This document shows, piece by piece, positions 62,972 through 64,000 of a stretch of 64,000 nt of DNA. The stretch comes from an uncultured Gammaproteobacteria bacterium. GTDB lineage: Bacteria; Patescibacteriota; Patescibacteriia; Magasanikbacterales; GWA2-37-8. A model generated the notes under the pieces. That model made no database searches, had not been told where the DNA came from, and saw only the letters and a list, made by a program, of their open reading frames with translations. The stretch covers positions 15,148-79,147 of the forward strand of contig CAZETA010000001.1 of NCBI GenBank assembly GCA_964514995.1, in the 5' to 3' direction. The number at the start of each line of letters is the position of its first letter. The first letter of the stretch is position 1. The position numbers and the translations under genes are program-made.

Positions 62972-64000
62972 ATGAGTAAATACGACCCAAAAAAGATAGA
63001 GCCAAAATGGCAAAAGTACTGGGAAAAGAATAAAACCTTCGAAGCCGGAGAAGACAAAACCAGAGAAAAATTCTATGGTTTGATTGAGTTTCCGTATCCG
63101 TCGGGTGAAGGGTTGCATGTTGGCCATCCACGTCCGTTTACGGCTATGGATGTGATTTCTCGCAAGAAGCGAATGGAGGGAAAAAATGTTTTATTCCCGA
63201 TTGGTTTTGATGCTTTCGGGTTGCCAACCGAAAACTTTGCCATCAAAACCGGCAAAGCCCCGGCAGAAGTAACGAAAAAAAACATTGCCAATTTTACGCG
63301 CCAGCTCAAGATGCTTGGCTTTAGTTTTGATTGGTCGCGGCAAGTTGATACGACTGATCCGAATTATTATCGCTGGACTCAGTGGTTGTTTTTACAATTT
63401 TACAAACACGGTTTGGCGTATAAGAAGAATCAACCGATCAACTGGTGTCCAAAAGATAAAATTGGCTTAGCTAACGAAGAGGTGGTAGGCGGTTGTTGTG
63501 AACGCTGTGGCACACCGGTAGAAAGTAGAAATAAAGAACAGTGGATGCTCGCGATTACCAAATATGCGGAAAAATTACTAGCAGGTTTGAAAGACGTAGA
63601 TTATATTGAACGCGCGCGAGTGCAACAGGAGAATTGGATTGGCAGAAGCGAGGGGGCAAGAGTTGCTTTTGAAATTAAGTCACAAAGCGAGCCAACATTC
63701 TATCAATTTTCTGAGCCGGGAGCTATTAAGGACGGCGAACCATTTACCGAGCGTGATACTATTGTCGCTATCGTTAAGCATTGGAAAGAAGATAAGTATT
63801 TAGGTCTTAAATGGAAGAAGGTGGCTTGGGAGACTTTTATAACCGGCGGAGTAGAACCAGGCCAAACTCCAGAAGAAGCTGCAAAAAGAGAAATCTACGA
63901 AGAGACAGGCTATAAAAATATTCACTTTGTAAAAAAAATTGGCAAGATACATTCCAAGTTTTTTCATGTACCGAAAAAACAGAATATGTTTATCCATCCT
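62972..64000 (+). CDS. leuS: Leucine--tRNA ligase, 3'-truncated by the window end. The open frame continues into a Nudix-fold segment.
   Basis: [22 protein letters not shown] (HIGH), a Zn-knuckle (CPKD ... CCERCGTPV), NWIGRSEG. The frame has no stop up to 64000 and is absent from the track only because it lacks a stop. Confidence 0.85.
   Translation, partial: MSKYDPKKIEPKWQKYWEKNKTFEAGEDKTREKFYGLIEFPYPSGEGLHVGHPRPFTAMDVISRKKRMEGKNVLFPIGFDAFGLPTENFAIKTGKAPAEVTKKNIANFTRQLKMLGFSFDWSRQVDTTDPNYYRWTQWLFLQFYKHGLAYKKNQPINWCPKDKIGLANEEVVGGCCERCGTPVESRNKEQWMLAITKYAEKLLAGLKDVDYIERARVQQENWIGRSEGARVAFEIKSQSEPTFYQFSEPGAIKDGEPFTERDTIVAIVKHWKEDKYLGLKWKKVAWETFITGGVEPGQTPEEAAKREIYEETGYKNIHFVKKIGKIHSKFFHVPKKQNMFIHP

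Noticed and set aside
1-64000. CRISPR arrays, integrases, transposases, reverse transcriptases, phage structural genes, rRNA genes.
   Set aside because: No regularly spaced direct repeats were found in any intergenic region. None of the ORF products carries the signature motifs of these families (DDE, tyrosine-recombinase R..H..R..Y, RT YxDD). The intergenic regions are short apart from those discussed.

Overview
The window is an AT-rich, gene-dense bacterial chromosome segment. Almost all of it is housekeeping: DNA repair (uvrB, uvrA, uvrC-like, recG, radA, dnaE), translation (rpsA, pheS, pheT, infB, a leuS 5' part, tsaD, truB, two tRNAs), and proteostasis and RNA turnover (ftsH, clpC-type, htpX, rseP, rny).

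Several traits are shared with published candidate-phyla-radiation (CPR/Patescibacteria) genomes, though not exclusive to them. These are two HU paralogs, a four-helix-bundle (S23-type) protein, TrbC/VirB2-like pilin-domain proteins, a lone PilB-type ATPase and shortened UvrA/UvrC. The identity is an inference; no search was run.

Main observations:
- A roughly 4 kb tRNA-adjacent accessory island at 40.5-44.7 kb. It is worth checking for a defense or toxin role, but no specific system can be named.
- Three short GC-rich islets at about 8.65, 40.6 and 59.5 kb, each with a small ORF followed by a long GC-rich hairpin.
- A near-perfect 78-nt palindromic element inserted in frame inside tsaD.
- A leuS reading frame that runs straight into a Nudix domain where the CP1 editing domain normally begins.
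- A predicted isoprenoid-synthase-like protein (aspartate-rich DDxxD-type motifs spaced as in class I terpene/prenyl synthases) encoded right after a two-component system.
- A split OatA-like SGNH hydrolase plus acyltransferase-3 gene pair.
- A uvrB-uvrA-(GerMN-domain gene)-uvrC operon.

No CRISPR array, integrase, transposase or rRNA gene was recognised.
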